Shown here in pieces: positions 1 through 8,283 of a stretch of 64,000 nucleotides of DNA. A model generated the notes under the pieces. That model did not search any database, had not been told where the DNA came from, and was given only the letters and a program-made list of their open reading frames with translations. The translations under genes and the position numbers were made by a program. How positions within the stretch are numbered: the stretch's first letter is position 1; each line of letters begins with the position of its first letter. This stretch comes from an uncultured delta proteobacterium. GTDB lineage: Bacteria > Desulfobacterota > Desulfuromonadia > Desulfuromonadales > BM103. Where the stretch lies: NCBI GenBank assembly GCA_963715335.1, contig CAVQRZ010000006.1, forward strand, positions 32,001 to 96,000, read 5' to 3'.

Positions 1-657
1 AAGGATATGGCCGCAGTCGAAAGATTCCAGCAGGGTCCGATCGGCCAGGAAATGCTGGTATCGATGAAAGACAAAGGCTACATCGGCCTCGGCTACCTGC
101 ATAACGGCATGAAGGAAATTTCGGCCAACAGCCCGCTGCGGGTCCCGGCTGACGCCGCAGGCAAGAAGTTCCGCATCATGACCTCTGATGTTCTGGCTGC
201 CCAGTACGAAGCCGTAGGGGCCATGCCTCTGAAGAAGCCGTTCTCCGAGGTCTTCACCCTGCTGCAGACCAAGGCGATCGATGGCCAGGAGAACACCTGG
301 TCGAACATCTACTCGAAGAAATTCTTTGAAGTGCAGCCCTACATCACCCAGACTGACCATGGCGTTCTTGATTACCTGCTGGTGACCTCGACCGAGTTCT
401 GGATGGGCCTGCCGGACGATATCCGTACCGAAATCAAAAAGGCTCTCGACGAAGCGACGGCGTTCGGCAACAAAGTCTCCGAGGACAAGGCCATCGAAGA
501 CCGTCAGCTGATCATTGACTCCAAGCGTACCGAAGTCATCGTACTGACCGACGCCGAGCGTGCCCTGTGGGTTGAAGCCATGAAACCCGTCTGGAAGCAG
601 TTCGAGGACAAAATCGGCGCAGACAAGATCGAAGCCGCCGTCAAATCCAACATGTAA
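1..657 (+). CDS. dctP: TRAP transporter substrate-binding protein, DctP family (5'-truncated by window)
   Basis: Frame is open from base 1. Motifs G-K-K-F-R-I-M, PFSEVFTLLQTKAIDGQEN and KKFFEVQPY are typical of DctP; followed by dctQM. Confidence 0.92.
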   Translation, partial: KDMAAVERFQQGPIGQEMLVSMKDKGYIGLGYLHNGMKEISANSPLRVPADAAGKKFRIMTSDVLAAQYEAVGAMPLKKPFSEVFTLLQTKAIDGQENTWSNIYSKKFFEVQPYITQTDHGVLDYLLVTSTEFWMGLPDDIRTEIKKALDEATAFGNKVSEDKAIEDRQLIIDSKRTEVIVLTDAERALWVEAMKPVWKQFEDKIGADKIEAAVKSNM

Positions 658-673
658 GCGGACGTCACTTCAG

Positions 674-701
674 TCGCGGGCTCCGGAAACGGGGCCCGCG
701 A
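674..701 (+). terminator. GC-rich stem-loop between dctP and dctQ (partial terminator or mRNA stabiliser)
   Basis: tcgcgggctccg-GAAA-cggggcccgcga, 12-bp stem with one G-U pair, weak U-tail. Confidence 0.55.
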
Positions 702-747
702 ATTTCTATCTGATCTGAATCTGCATGATTTCTGGTAAGGATTAACT

Positions 748-1299
748 ATGCTCGGGATAATTAATAAACTGGAGGAAATCTTTATTTGCCTCCTACTCGC
801 ATCGATGACCTTACTGGTCTTTGTTGAGGTTGTGCTGCGCTTCGGCTTCGGCATCGGCTTGATGTGGTCCCAGGAACTGACCCTGCACCTCTCGGCCTGG
901 ATGGTTCTGTTCGGGGTCTCTTACGGGATCAAGGTCGGCTCTCACATCGGCGTCGATGCACTGGTCAAGGTCTTGCCTGCGACCGCCCGGAAAGTCGTCG
1001 GCTTTCTGGCAGTCTCTGCCTGCCTGGTCTACTGCGGCCTGTTTGCCAGCGGCGCCTGGGTCTATCTGAGCAAAATGCATCAGATCGGTATTGAACTTGA
1101 CGACATGCCCATTCAAAAATGGGTTGCCCACAGCATTCTGCTGATCGGTATGGTGCTGATGGCCATCCGCTTGCTGATGCTTTTGTGGGGAATTTTCACA
1201 GGCAAAAACGAAGGTTTCCAGCTGGCCGACGAAGCCAAGGAGAGCCTGCATCTGGCTGAGGAAACCAAGGCCGCTGCCCGGGGAGGAGATTCAGCATGA
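748..1299 (+). CDS. dctQ: TRAP small permease DctQ
   Basis: Four hydrophobic segments, WSQEL and GSHIGVD motifs; overlaps the dctM start (ATGA). Confidence 0.92.
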   Translation: MLGIINKLEEIFICLLLASMTLLVFVEVVLRFGFGIGLMWSQELTLHLSAWMVLFGVSYGIKVGSHIGVDALVKVLPATARKVVGFLAVSACLVYCGLFASGAWVYLSKMHQIGIELDDMPIQKWVAHSILLIGMVLMAIRLLMLLWGIFTGKNEGFQLADEAKESLHLAEETKAAARGGDSA

Positions 1300-2696
1300 C
1301 CACCGCCGCACTTTTTTTATTACTACTCCTCTGCCTGCTGACCGGCATGCCGATCGCGTTTGCCCTGGGTCTTTCCAGCATCACCACGATCCTGCTGTTT
1401 TCCAATGATTCGCTGGCCTCAATCGCACTGAAACTGCTGGAGGCCGAATCCGCACACTACACCCTGCTGGCGATCCCCTTTTTCATCCTCTCGTCGACCT
1501 TTTTGTCGACCGGCGGCGTCGCCACCCGGATTATCAATTTCGCCATCGACTGCGTCGGCTGGATTCGCGGCGGCCTGGCGATGGCCTCGGTTTTGGCCTG
1601 TATGATCTTTGCCGCGGTCTCCGGGTCCTCACCGGCAACGGTCGCCGCCATCGGCTCGATCGTCATTGCCGGCATGGTCCAGGCCGGCTACCCCAAGGCC
1701 ATGGCTGCCGGGGTGATCACCAATGCCGGCACACTGGGCATCCTGATTCCACCTTCGATTGTCATGCTGGTATACGCCGCGGCGACCGAAGAGTCAGCCG
1801 CGCGGCTCTTCATGGCCGGCTTCCTCCCGGGCCTTTTGATGGGCACCATGCTGATGATCGTCATCTACGTCGTCGCCCGGATCAAAAAACTGCCGGCCCA
1901 ACCTTGGGTCGGCTTCCCAAGCCTGATAAAATCAAGCTTCACCGCCAGCTGGGGGCTGATGCTGATCGTCATCGTGCTCGGCTCGATCTACGGCGGCATC
2001 TGCAGTCCGACCGAAGCAGCAGCCATCTCAGCCGTTTACGCCTTCTTCATTGCCATCTTTATTTATCGCGACATGGGCCCGCTCAAGGGAATGAAATGGC
2101 GCGAGCATGAAACTGACGGCATCCCCAAAATCGTCGTACGCAACCTGTGGCTGACCAGCAAAGCCCTGCCGCTGTCATTTTTCCATAAGGACACCAAAAA
2201 GGTGCTGATGGATTCCGCGAAAGTTTCCATTATGCTGCTCTTTATCATCGGCAACGCCATGCTCTTCGCGCATGTCCTGACCACCGAGCGGATTCCCCAT
2301 CACATCGCCGAAATCATCGTCGGCTGGGGCCTGCCCGCCTGGGGCTTCCTGATCGTCGTCAACCTGCTGCTGCTCGCCGCAGGCAACTTCATGGAACCAT
2401 CGGCAATCCTTCTGATCATGGCGCCGATCCTCTTCCCCATCGCCGTCAAATTGGGGATCGACCCGATCCACCTTGGCGTCATCATGGTCGTCAACATGGA
2501 GATCGGCATGATCACGCCGCCGGTTGGACTCAACCTGTTTGTCACCGCCGGAATAACCGGAGAAAACATCACGTGGGTCCTCAAAGCCGCACTCCCCTGG
2601 CTGCTGATCCTGCTGGTGTTCCTGATCATGATCACTTACATCCCACAGATCTCGTTGTGGCTCCCTGAGTATATTGATCATCTCAAGGGATATTGA
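1296..2696 (+). CDS. dctM: TRAP large permease DctM
   Basis: LLAIPFFIL, SGSSPAT, GILIPPSI, PTEAA and ITPPVGLNLFV motifs. Confidence 0.95.
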   Translation: MTTAALFLLLLLCLLTGMPIAFALGLSSITTILLFSNDSLASIALKLLEAESAHYTLLAIPFFILSSTFLSTGGVATRIINFAIDCVGWIRGGLAMASVLACMIFAAVSGSSPATVAAIGSIVIAGMVQAGYPKAMAAGVITNAGTLGILIPPSIVMLVYAAATEESAARLFMAGFLPGLLMGTMLMIVIYVVARIKKLPAQPWVGFPSLIKSSFTASWGLMLIVIVLGSIYGGICSPTEAAAISAVYAFFIAIFIYRDMGPLKGMKWREHETDGIPKIVVRNLWLTSKALPLSFFHKDTKKVLMDSAKVSIMLLFIIGNAMLFAHVLTTERIPHHIAEIIVGWGLPAWGFLIVVNLLLLAAGNFMEPSAILLIMAPILFPIAVKLGIDPIHLGVIMVVNMEIGMITPPVGLNLFVTAGITGENITWVLKAALPWLLILLVFLIMITYIPQISLWLPEYIDHLKGY

Positions 2697-2710
2697 TCGT
2701 TCCAACCTTC

Positions 2711-2739
2711 CAGGCGCGGGGAGATCCTCCCCGCGCCTG
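2711..2739 (+). terminator. Strong hairpin after dctM
   Basis: caggcgcggggag-atc-ctccccgcgcctg, perfect 13-bp stem; no clear U-tract. Confidence 0.5.
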
Positions 2740-2824
2740 ATTACAACAACGGCATTTATCAGTAGAATACTTTAAAAACAAGCTGAGCCTATCGAACCCT
2801 AGATGTTCTGCCTGGAGAGAAACC

Positions 2825-3313
2825 ATGCTGCCTTATTACGAGAATATTCTTTACGCAACCGACCTGACACCGAATTCTGAATACGCATTCAAGCACGCAA
2901 TCCTGCTGGCCAGGAAGTCACAGGCAAAAGTCCATTTGCTGCATGTCATCCCCGAAATCGATGCAGGTTTTCGCAGCTACGTCTCCGCAGTCATGGGCGC
3001 AGGAAAACTCGAAGCGTTTGAAGGTCAGCACGAAGAGCAGGCGCGGATTGCCTTGAAGGGGCGCCTTGAAAAATTTGCTCACGATGAGTTGGAAGATCGC
3101 CCCGAGGATCTGCAAAACATCGCGAGCATTGAAGTTGTTCATGGCCATGCGGTTTCTGAAATCCTACAGGCAGCAGATCGCCTGAAGGTCGATGTTATTG
3201 TCATGGGTACACACGGCAAAGGCACAATAGGGCACACCTTCCTCGGTAGCGTAGCTGAAAAAGTTTTGCACAAATCGAAAAAACCGGTTTTCGTTATTCC
3301 AATCCCCGATTAA
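2825..3313 (+). CDS. Universal stress protein (UspA family)
   Basis: ILYATD N-terminus; IVMGTHG...LGSVAEKVL motif; GGAG RBS. Confidence 0.93.
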   Translation: MLPYYENILYATDLTPNSEYAFKHAILLARKSQAKVHLLHVIPEIDAGFRSYVSAVMGAGKLEAFEGQHEEQARIALKGRLEKFAHDELEDRPEDLQNIASIEVVHGHAVSEILQAADRLKVDVIVMGTHGKGTIGHTFLGSVAEKVLHKSKKPVFVIPIPD

Positions 3314-3352
3314 AGACTGCATTGCCAAAATTTGCAAACACTTGCAAACACT

Positions 3353-3383
3353 AAGGGCCACGGTTTAAGTGGCCCTTTTTTAT
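3353..3383 (+). terminator. Rho-independent terminator
   Basis: aagggccac-ggtttaa-gtggccctt followed by T-run. Confidence 0.75.
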
Positions 3384-3690
3384 TCATCGATCTTAAGCCC
3401 ATACTTGTCAGTATTGCCGCATCAATTATAGCATGGATACATCCTAAAACGCTGATATACTGCTGCAGTAAAGTCGTTTATGGTCGCGTTGGGGGCTTTT
3501 TTCATGTTTTCCAACCCCCACAAAAAGCCATTCCAATCAAGCAAAACCATTGCAATAATAGAACATTGTGTTTTAATCTTAAAATCCAGCATTCATGGGG
3601 GCTGTATTCCTTTGCCTGCAAAGGCAAGTTGTTAGTTACAAAATCGACCACAGCAAGCACCTGGCAACAACAACCCAAGAGGAGGAAAAG

Positions 3691-4686
3691 ATGAAAACTG
3701 TCACACGCACCCTGTCCCTGATCAGTGCGCTCGCACTGGTCGCAGCCTTTGCCCTGCCCAGCACGGCGCTCGCGGAAAAAACCCGTCTCGGTTTTGGCGG
3801 CGGCCCTGAAGGGGGCACCTTCCAGTACTTCTCCAACGGGATTGCTTCTCGCCTGTCGAAGATGATCCCCGATGTGGAAGTCTCCAACATGGCATCGGCC
3901 GGCTCGGTCGAAAACCTCCGCCGCGCCAATTCCGGCGAAATTGACTTCGGCATCTCCTATTCCGGCGACACCTATCTTGGTCGCAATGGCAAGTTGACCA
4001 ACGATACCACCGTATACCCCAATGTCATGGCCATGGCATTTCTTTACGGTGCTCCTGCCCATCTGGTCGTACTTGAGAAAAGCGGCATCAACACGGTTGC
4101 TGACCTCGAAGGCAAGCGCATTGCCGTTGGTGACTCAGGCTCCGGTGCCGCCGCCGCGGCCCAGCGTTATTTCAGCTCTATCGGCCTGTGGGATAAGATG
4201 AATGTCGAGTTCATCGGCTACAGCAAGGCCGCAGCAGCAATCGGTGACGGCCTGATCGACGCCATGTGGGTGTTTGCCGGTTTCCCCAACAGTTCGGTGA
4301 TCCAGGCAGCCGCCAGCAACAAGATCAAACTCCTCTCCACCTATGAAGCTGGGGAAAAGGGCGGCGCCTTTAAAGAGTACCCATTCTATGCCCCGCTGAC
4401 CATCCCTGCCGGCACCTACAGTGGGGTCGACTATGACGTCAAGTCCTTCCAGGATTCCGCCCTTTGGGTCGCCGGCAAGCATGTCGCTCCCGAGCACGTT
4501 TATGCGGCCCTGGCCAACATTTACACCGAGGATGGCCTCTCCTACATGGTCAAGGTCAAGAGCACGGCCAAGTCCATGTCGGTGGAAGGAGCCCTCACCG
4601 GCATCGTCACCCCGGTTCACCCCGGCGCTCAGAAGTTCTGGAAAGAGCAGGGTCTAACTCTGACCGAAGCACAAATGGGTATGTAA
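3691..4686 (+). CDS. TAXI-family TRAP solute receptor
   Basis: Start reassigned to ATG 3691 behind an AGGAGG RBS. Signal peptide ends ALA; motifs GGPEGGTF, SAGSVENL, VADLEGKRIAVG, TIPAGTYSG and PVHPGA. Confidence 0.92.
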   Translation: MKTVTRTLSLISALALVAAFALPSTALAEKTRLGFGGGPEGGTFQYFSNGIASRLSKMIPDVEVSNMASAGSVENLRRANSGEIDFGISYSGDTYLGRNGKLTNDTTVYPNVMAMAFLYGAPAHLVVLEKSGINTVADLEGKRIAVGDSGSGAAAAAQRYFSSIGLWDKMNVEFIGYSKAAAAIGDGLIDAMWVFAGFPNSSVIQAAASNKIKLLSTYEAGEKGGAFKEYPFYAPLTIPAGTYSGVDYDVKSFQDSALWVAGKHVAPEHVYAALANIYTEDGLSYMVKVKSTAKSMSVEGALTGIVTPVHPGAQKFWKEQGLTLTEAQMGM

Positions 4687-4709
4687 CCCCATCCTCAACA
4701 ACTGATCGG

Positions 4710-4735
4710 GAAGCGGGGCCGTACGGCCCCGCTTC
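4710..4735 (+). terminator. Perfect 26-bp palindrome after the TAXI receptor gene
   Basis: gaagcggggccgt|acggccccgcttc followed by ttgt. Confidence 0.55.
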
Positions 4736-4804
4736 TTGTCGATGCAATATTTTTGATGCATTTGGCAGCAATGCCCATATTTCACATCTAGGCAGGGACA
4801 GCGC

Positions 4805-7402
4805 ATGGCTGAAGAACTCCAAGACGATTTAAAGGACCTCTCCGCTGAGGAAAAGGAAAAACTCAAGAAGCTGATGGAGAAGGACTCCAAGTCCTATCGG
4901 TCACCGACCGGACTCTTCAAATGGCTGGTCGCGGTGCTCGGTGCCAGCATGGTCCTCTTCTATTTCTATGCGGCCGGCATGGCTGCCGTCGCCACCAATT
5001 ATCATCTCGGGGTTTATGTCTTTGTCACCTACGTACTGGTCTTCCTGCTCTACCCGGCAGGCAAGGTCCGGATACGCATTCCGCTTTCGTTGATCATCGG
5101 CGGCATCTTCTCCTGCGCTATTGCAGCCCTGGGTTTCTTTGGCACCATCGACGAATTCCATGCGGCAATCACCAGCGGCAACGTGCGCCTGATCGTTGCC
5201 ATAACCATCGGAGGTCTCGTAATCGGCGCAGCCGCCATCTTAATAGACAATTTCATGATGCAGAGGTGGCCGAAAAATCCAACCCTCTCGGATATCCTCT
5301 ATGCCCTGACCTCTGCGGCAGTTGTCTACTACTGGATACACGAATTCGAAGTTCTCAATTATCGGGCCGGCGCTGAGACCAACCTTGACGCAATGGTCAG
5401 TATCGTCGGCATCATTCTCTCCCTGGAAGTCTGTCGACGGGTCCTCGGTTTGTCGATGACTTTTATCGGCGTTGCCATGTTCATCTACGGTTATCTCGGA
5501 CCGATTTTCCCGGAGATTATCGCCCACCGCGGTTTCGGTATCGAACGCCTGTGTACTGCTCTTTACCTGACAACCAACGGGGTCTTCGGGGTCATGGCCA
5601 ACGTTTTGGCGACCTACGTCATCCTGTTTATCTTTTTTGGCGCCTTCCTCCACAAGTCGGGGGCTGGAAAGTTCTTCATTGATTTTCCCCTGGCATTGGC
5701 CGGCCGCACCACCGGTGGTCCGGCGAAGGTTGCTGTGATTGCCTCGGCCTTCTTCGGTTCGGTCTCCGGAAGCGCGATTGCCAACACCGTCTCCACCGGC
5801 GCATTCACCATTCCGTTGATGAAACGCGCCGGTTTCAAGCCGCACGTTGCCGGTGCCATCGAACCCGCGGCCTCGATAGGCGGCATGTTCCTGCCACCGG
5901 TCATGGGCGCCGGCGGGTTCCTGATGGCTGAACTGACGGAAGTCTCTTACGCCTATATCATGATGATCGCTGTCTTCCCCGCCCTGCTCTACTTCTTCTC
6001 GGTCTTCTGCATGATTCACTTCGAGGCCAAGAAGCAGGGAATCAAGGGGATTGAGGACGAGGAATACCCTCCCTGGAAGGCCGTCCTGAAAAAGCAGTGG
6101 TATTACTCCCTGCCGTTATTCATCATCACGATCCTCATGATCATAGGGAAATCCCCCGGGATGGCGGCTTTCTGGTCTGCATTGTCATGTATTGTCGTCA
6201 GCTGGGTGAGGCAGGACAGGAAAGTCTCGTTAACGGACAGATTGATTTATCTCCCTTTTACGGTCCTGTTTATTTTGATTGTTCTGCTCGGCTTTATCGA
6301 GCTTCCAGTTAATGACTTGTTCGGATTTAAAATCCAATTTTTCATTTCTTTACTGGCAACGGTCTGGTGCCTGTTGGTCAGCGCTTTCCGTAAAGACATT
6401 GCGATGGATCTGAAAGGCATCTGGGCGGCGATCCTGACCGGCGCCAACAACACCCTGATCATCGGTGCCACGCTCGGTGTTATCGGCATCATCGTTGGCA
6501 CCATTTCCCTGACCGGCATCGGCCTCAAGTTCTCCGACATCATTATTTCGCTGGCCAGCGGCAACCTGTTCTTAGCGATAATACTGGTCGCGCTGGCTTC
6601 ACTGGTCCTCGGCATGGGTGTCCCGGTCACGGCAGCATACCTGATCACTGCAGTGCTCGCAGTCCCCCCTCTGATGGAGATGGGTGTACCCCTGCTCTGC
6701 GCTCACATGATCGTCTACTGGTTCAGCCAGGACTCGAACATCACGCCACCGGTTTGCGTGGCGGCTTACGCCGGAGCTGCGATTGCCGGATCTGATCCAT
6801 GGAAGACCGGCTGGACCAGTTTCAAGTTTGCCAAACTGCTCTACGTCATGCCGATTCTGTTTGCCTTCACCCCGGCAATCCTGTTCCAGCCACACACGGC
6901 CAACGTCAAGGTGCCAAAGCTCGGCGACATGCCTTTTGCATCGGTCGTTTCAGTGGCAGTCAAGGAGGGGGATCATATCAACGAGGGTGATGTCGTGGCC
7001 CAGATTATGATCGGTGACGAAATCCGCGATATCAAAGCGAAGCGGGGCGGCAACGTGACCGATGTCAAGATTTTCCCCGGCGGCATGGTCAATGCGAAAG
7101 AAACGATCATCGAAGCCAATGATCCGGCAACCGGGCTGCAGACTGCGTCTTCCTTCTTCTCGGCGGTGCTGGGGACGATTGCCTTCTCGGCGACAACCAT
7201 GTTCTTCTGGTTCCGTCGCACCACACTCTTTGAGTGGGTTTTTCTGGCAGTCGGCACCGTATTTCTATACTGGCCGACACTGATAACGGATGCGATCGGC
7301 ATTGCCCTGGTTGGCATGGTCATCTTCATGCAGATCAACAAGAACAAGAAAGAGCACGGATCTATGCTGGCGCCTAAAATCGGAGCGGAGGGGGCCGGGT
7401 GA
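4805..7402 (+). CDS. TRAP fused 4TM/12TM permease (TAXI-associated) with inserted lipoyl/biotinyl-like domain
   Basis: GGPAKVAV, SGSAIANTVSTG, PPVMGAGGFLMAE, LGMGVPVTAAY and ITPPVCVAAYA motifs; soluble ~72-aa insert near the C-terminus. Confidence 0.93.
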   Translation: MAEELQDDLKDLSAEEKEKLKKLMEKDSKSYRSPTGLFKWLVAVLGASMVLFYFYAAGMAAVATNYHLGVYVFVTYVLVFLLYPAGKVRIRIPLSLIIGGIFSCAIAALGFFGTIDEFHAAITSGNVRLIVAITIGGLVIGAAAILIDNFMMQRWPKNPTLSDILYALTSAAVVYYWIHEFEVLNYRAGAETNLDAMVSIVGIILSLEVCRRVLGLSMTFIGVAMFIYGYLGPIFPEIIAHRGFGIERLCTALYLTTNGVFGVMANVLATYVILFIFFGAFLHKSGAGKFFIDFPLALAGRTTGGPAKVAVIASAFFGSVSGSAIANTVSTGAFTIPLMKRAGFKPHVAGAIEPAASIGGMFLPPVMGAGGFLMAELTEVSYAYIMMIAVFPALLYFFSVFCMIHFEAKKQGIKGIEDEEYPPWKAVLKKQWYYSLPLFIITILMIIGKSPGMAAFWSALSCIVVSWVRQDRKVSLTDRLIYLPFTVLFILIVLLGFIELPVNDLFGFKIQFFISLLATVWCLLVSAFRKDIAMDLKGIWAAILTGANNTLIIGATLGVIGIIVGTISLTGIGLKFSDIIISLASGNLFLAIILVALASLVLGMGVPVTAAYLITAVLAVPPLMEMGVPLLCAHMIVYWFSQDSNITPPVCVAAYAGAAIAGSDPWKTGWTSFKFAKLLYVMPILFAFTPAILFQPHTANVKVPKLGDMPFASVVSVAVKEGDHINEGDVVAQIMIGDEIRDIKAKRGGNVTDVKIFPGGMVNAKETIIEANDPATGLQTASSFFSAVLGTIAFSATTMFFWFRRTTLFEWVFLAVGTVFLYWPTLITDAIGIALVGMVIFMQINKNKKEHGSMLAPKIGAEGAG

Positions 7403-7845
7403 TGAAACAGTTCGACAACATCCTGTTTGCCACTGACTTTTCTAACGCATCAGCGCCTGCCGCCGATTACGCAATCACCCTGGCAAAGTTGACTGGTGCG
7501 CACTTGCATGTCCTCCACGTGATCAACGAGCTCGATGAACCCCAGCGGGTCATGATCCCACGGGAGGCGTTCCTGATCCTGGAAAAGGAAATCGAGGTTC
7601 AGGCCATCAGGGAACTGGAAAGGTTCTGCAAAGGGCCTGCGGCAGGGGTAAACACGACCAGCTATGCAGTGGTCGGTGCCGCGTTCCAGAAGATTCTCGA
7701 GACCGGCGCCAAGGTTAATGCCGACCTGATCGTCATGGGAACGCACGGGCGTACCGGGATCGAGCAGGTAATCGTCGGCAGTACCGCGGAACGGGTGGTC
7801 AGGCGATCAAAGATTCCGGTTCTGACCGTACGCTCTCAAGACTGA
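7399..7845 (+). CDS. Universal stress protein (UspA family)
   Basis: ILFATDFS; IVMGTHGRTG...GSTAERVVR; start (GTG 7399 or ATG 7402) overlaps the permease stop. Confidence 0.93.
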   Translation: MMKQFDNILFATDFSNASAPAADYAITLAKLTGAHLHVLHVINELDEPQRVMIPREAFLILEKEIEVQAIRELERFCKGPAAGVNTTSYAVVGAAFQKILETGAKVNADLIVMGTHGRTGIEQVIVGSTAERVVRRSKIPVLTVRSQD

Positions 7846-7850
7846 CACGA

Positions 7851-7888
7851 AAAAGAGGCGGGGCCAAAAGCTCCGCCTCTTACTTTTT
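7851..7888. terminator. Bidirectional terminator between convergent genes
   Basis: aagaggcggggc-caaaa-gctccgcctctt flanked by A-run and T-rich tail. Confidence 0.7.
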
Positions 7889-7908
7889 AACTTGTCCTGC
7901 CCAAGATA

Positions 7909-8283
7909 TCATTCCGGCAGGAGCCCCCGCCGACGCATTTCGTTGCGAACATCGTCGCGCCTGAGTTTCAACTCCCGGGCAGTACTGTTTACACTGCTGC
8001 CCCCCAACCACTGTTCGGTCCGGACTCCGTAACCTGAACTGCCTCCCCACGAACCGAGACCGAAACCGATCCCGACATCGCCGCTGCTGGAACGGCTTGA
8101 GTTGACAAGTTCGTCACTCAACTTCTGCTCGTAATCGACAAGTTGCGTGTTCGTCATTTTCAGGTAATCCTGCTCAAGCAGGAAGGTGACCTCTGAAGGG
8201 GGCCCCGCCGACATGCAGCCCACCAGAACAAGCCCGCAGAGAATGACGATAACCGTACGCAGGCAATCAGGGTTGCGATCCAT
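7909..8283 (-). CDS. Hypothetical lipoprotein
   Basis: Hydrophobic signal ending in lipobox LVGC; Gly-rich VGIGFGLGSWGG segment; overlaps the kinase stop. Confidence 0.65.
   Translation of the reverse strand: MDRNPDCLRTVIVILCGLVLVGCMSAGPPSEVTFLLEQDYLKMTNTQLVDYEQKLSDELVNSSRSSSGDVGIGFGLGSWGGSSGYGVRTEQWLGGSSVNSTARELKLRRDDVRNEMRRRGLLPE

Noticed and set aside
3332..3351. Tandem ttgcaaacac x2 after the first usp
   Set aside because: Two copies of 10 nt just before a terminator; could be chance, with no supporting context
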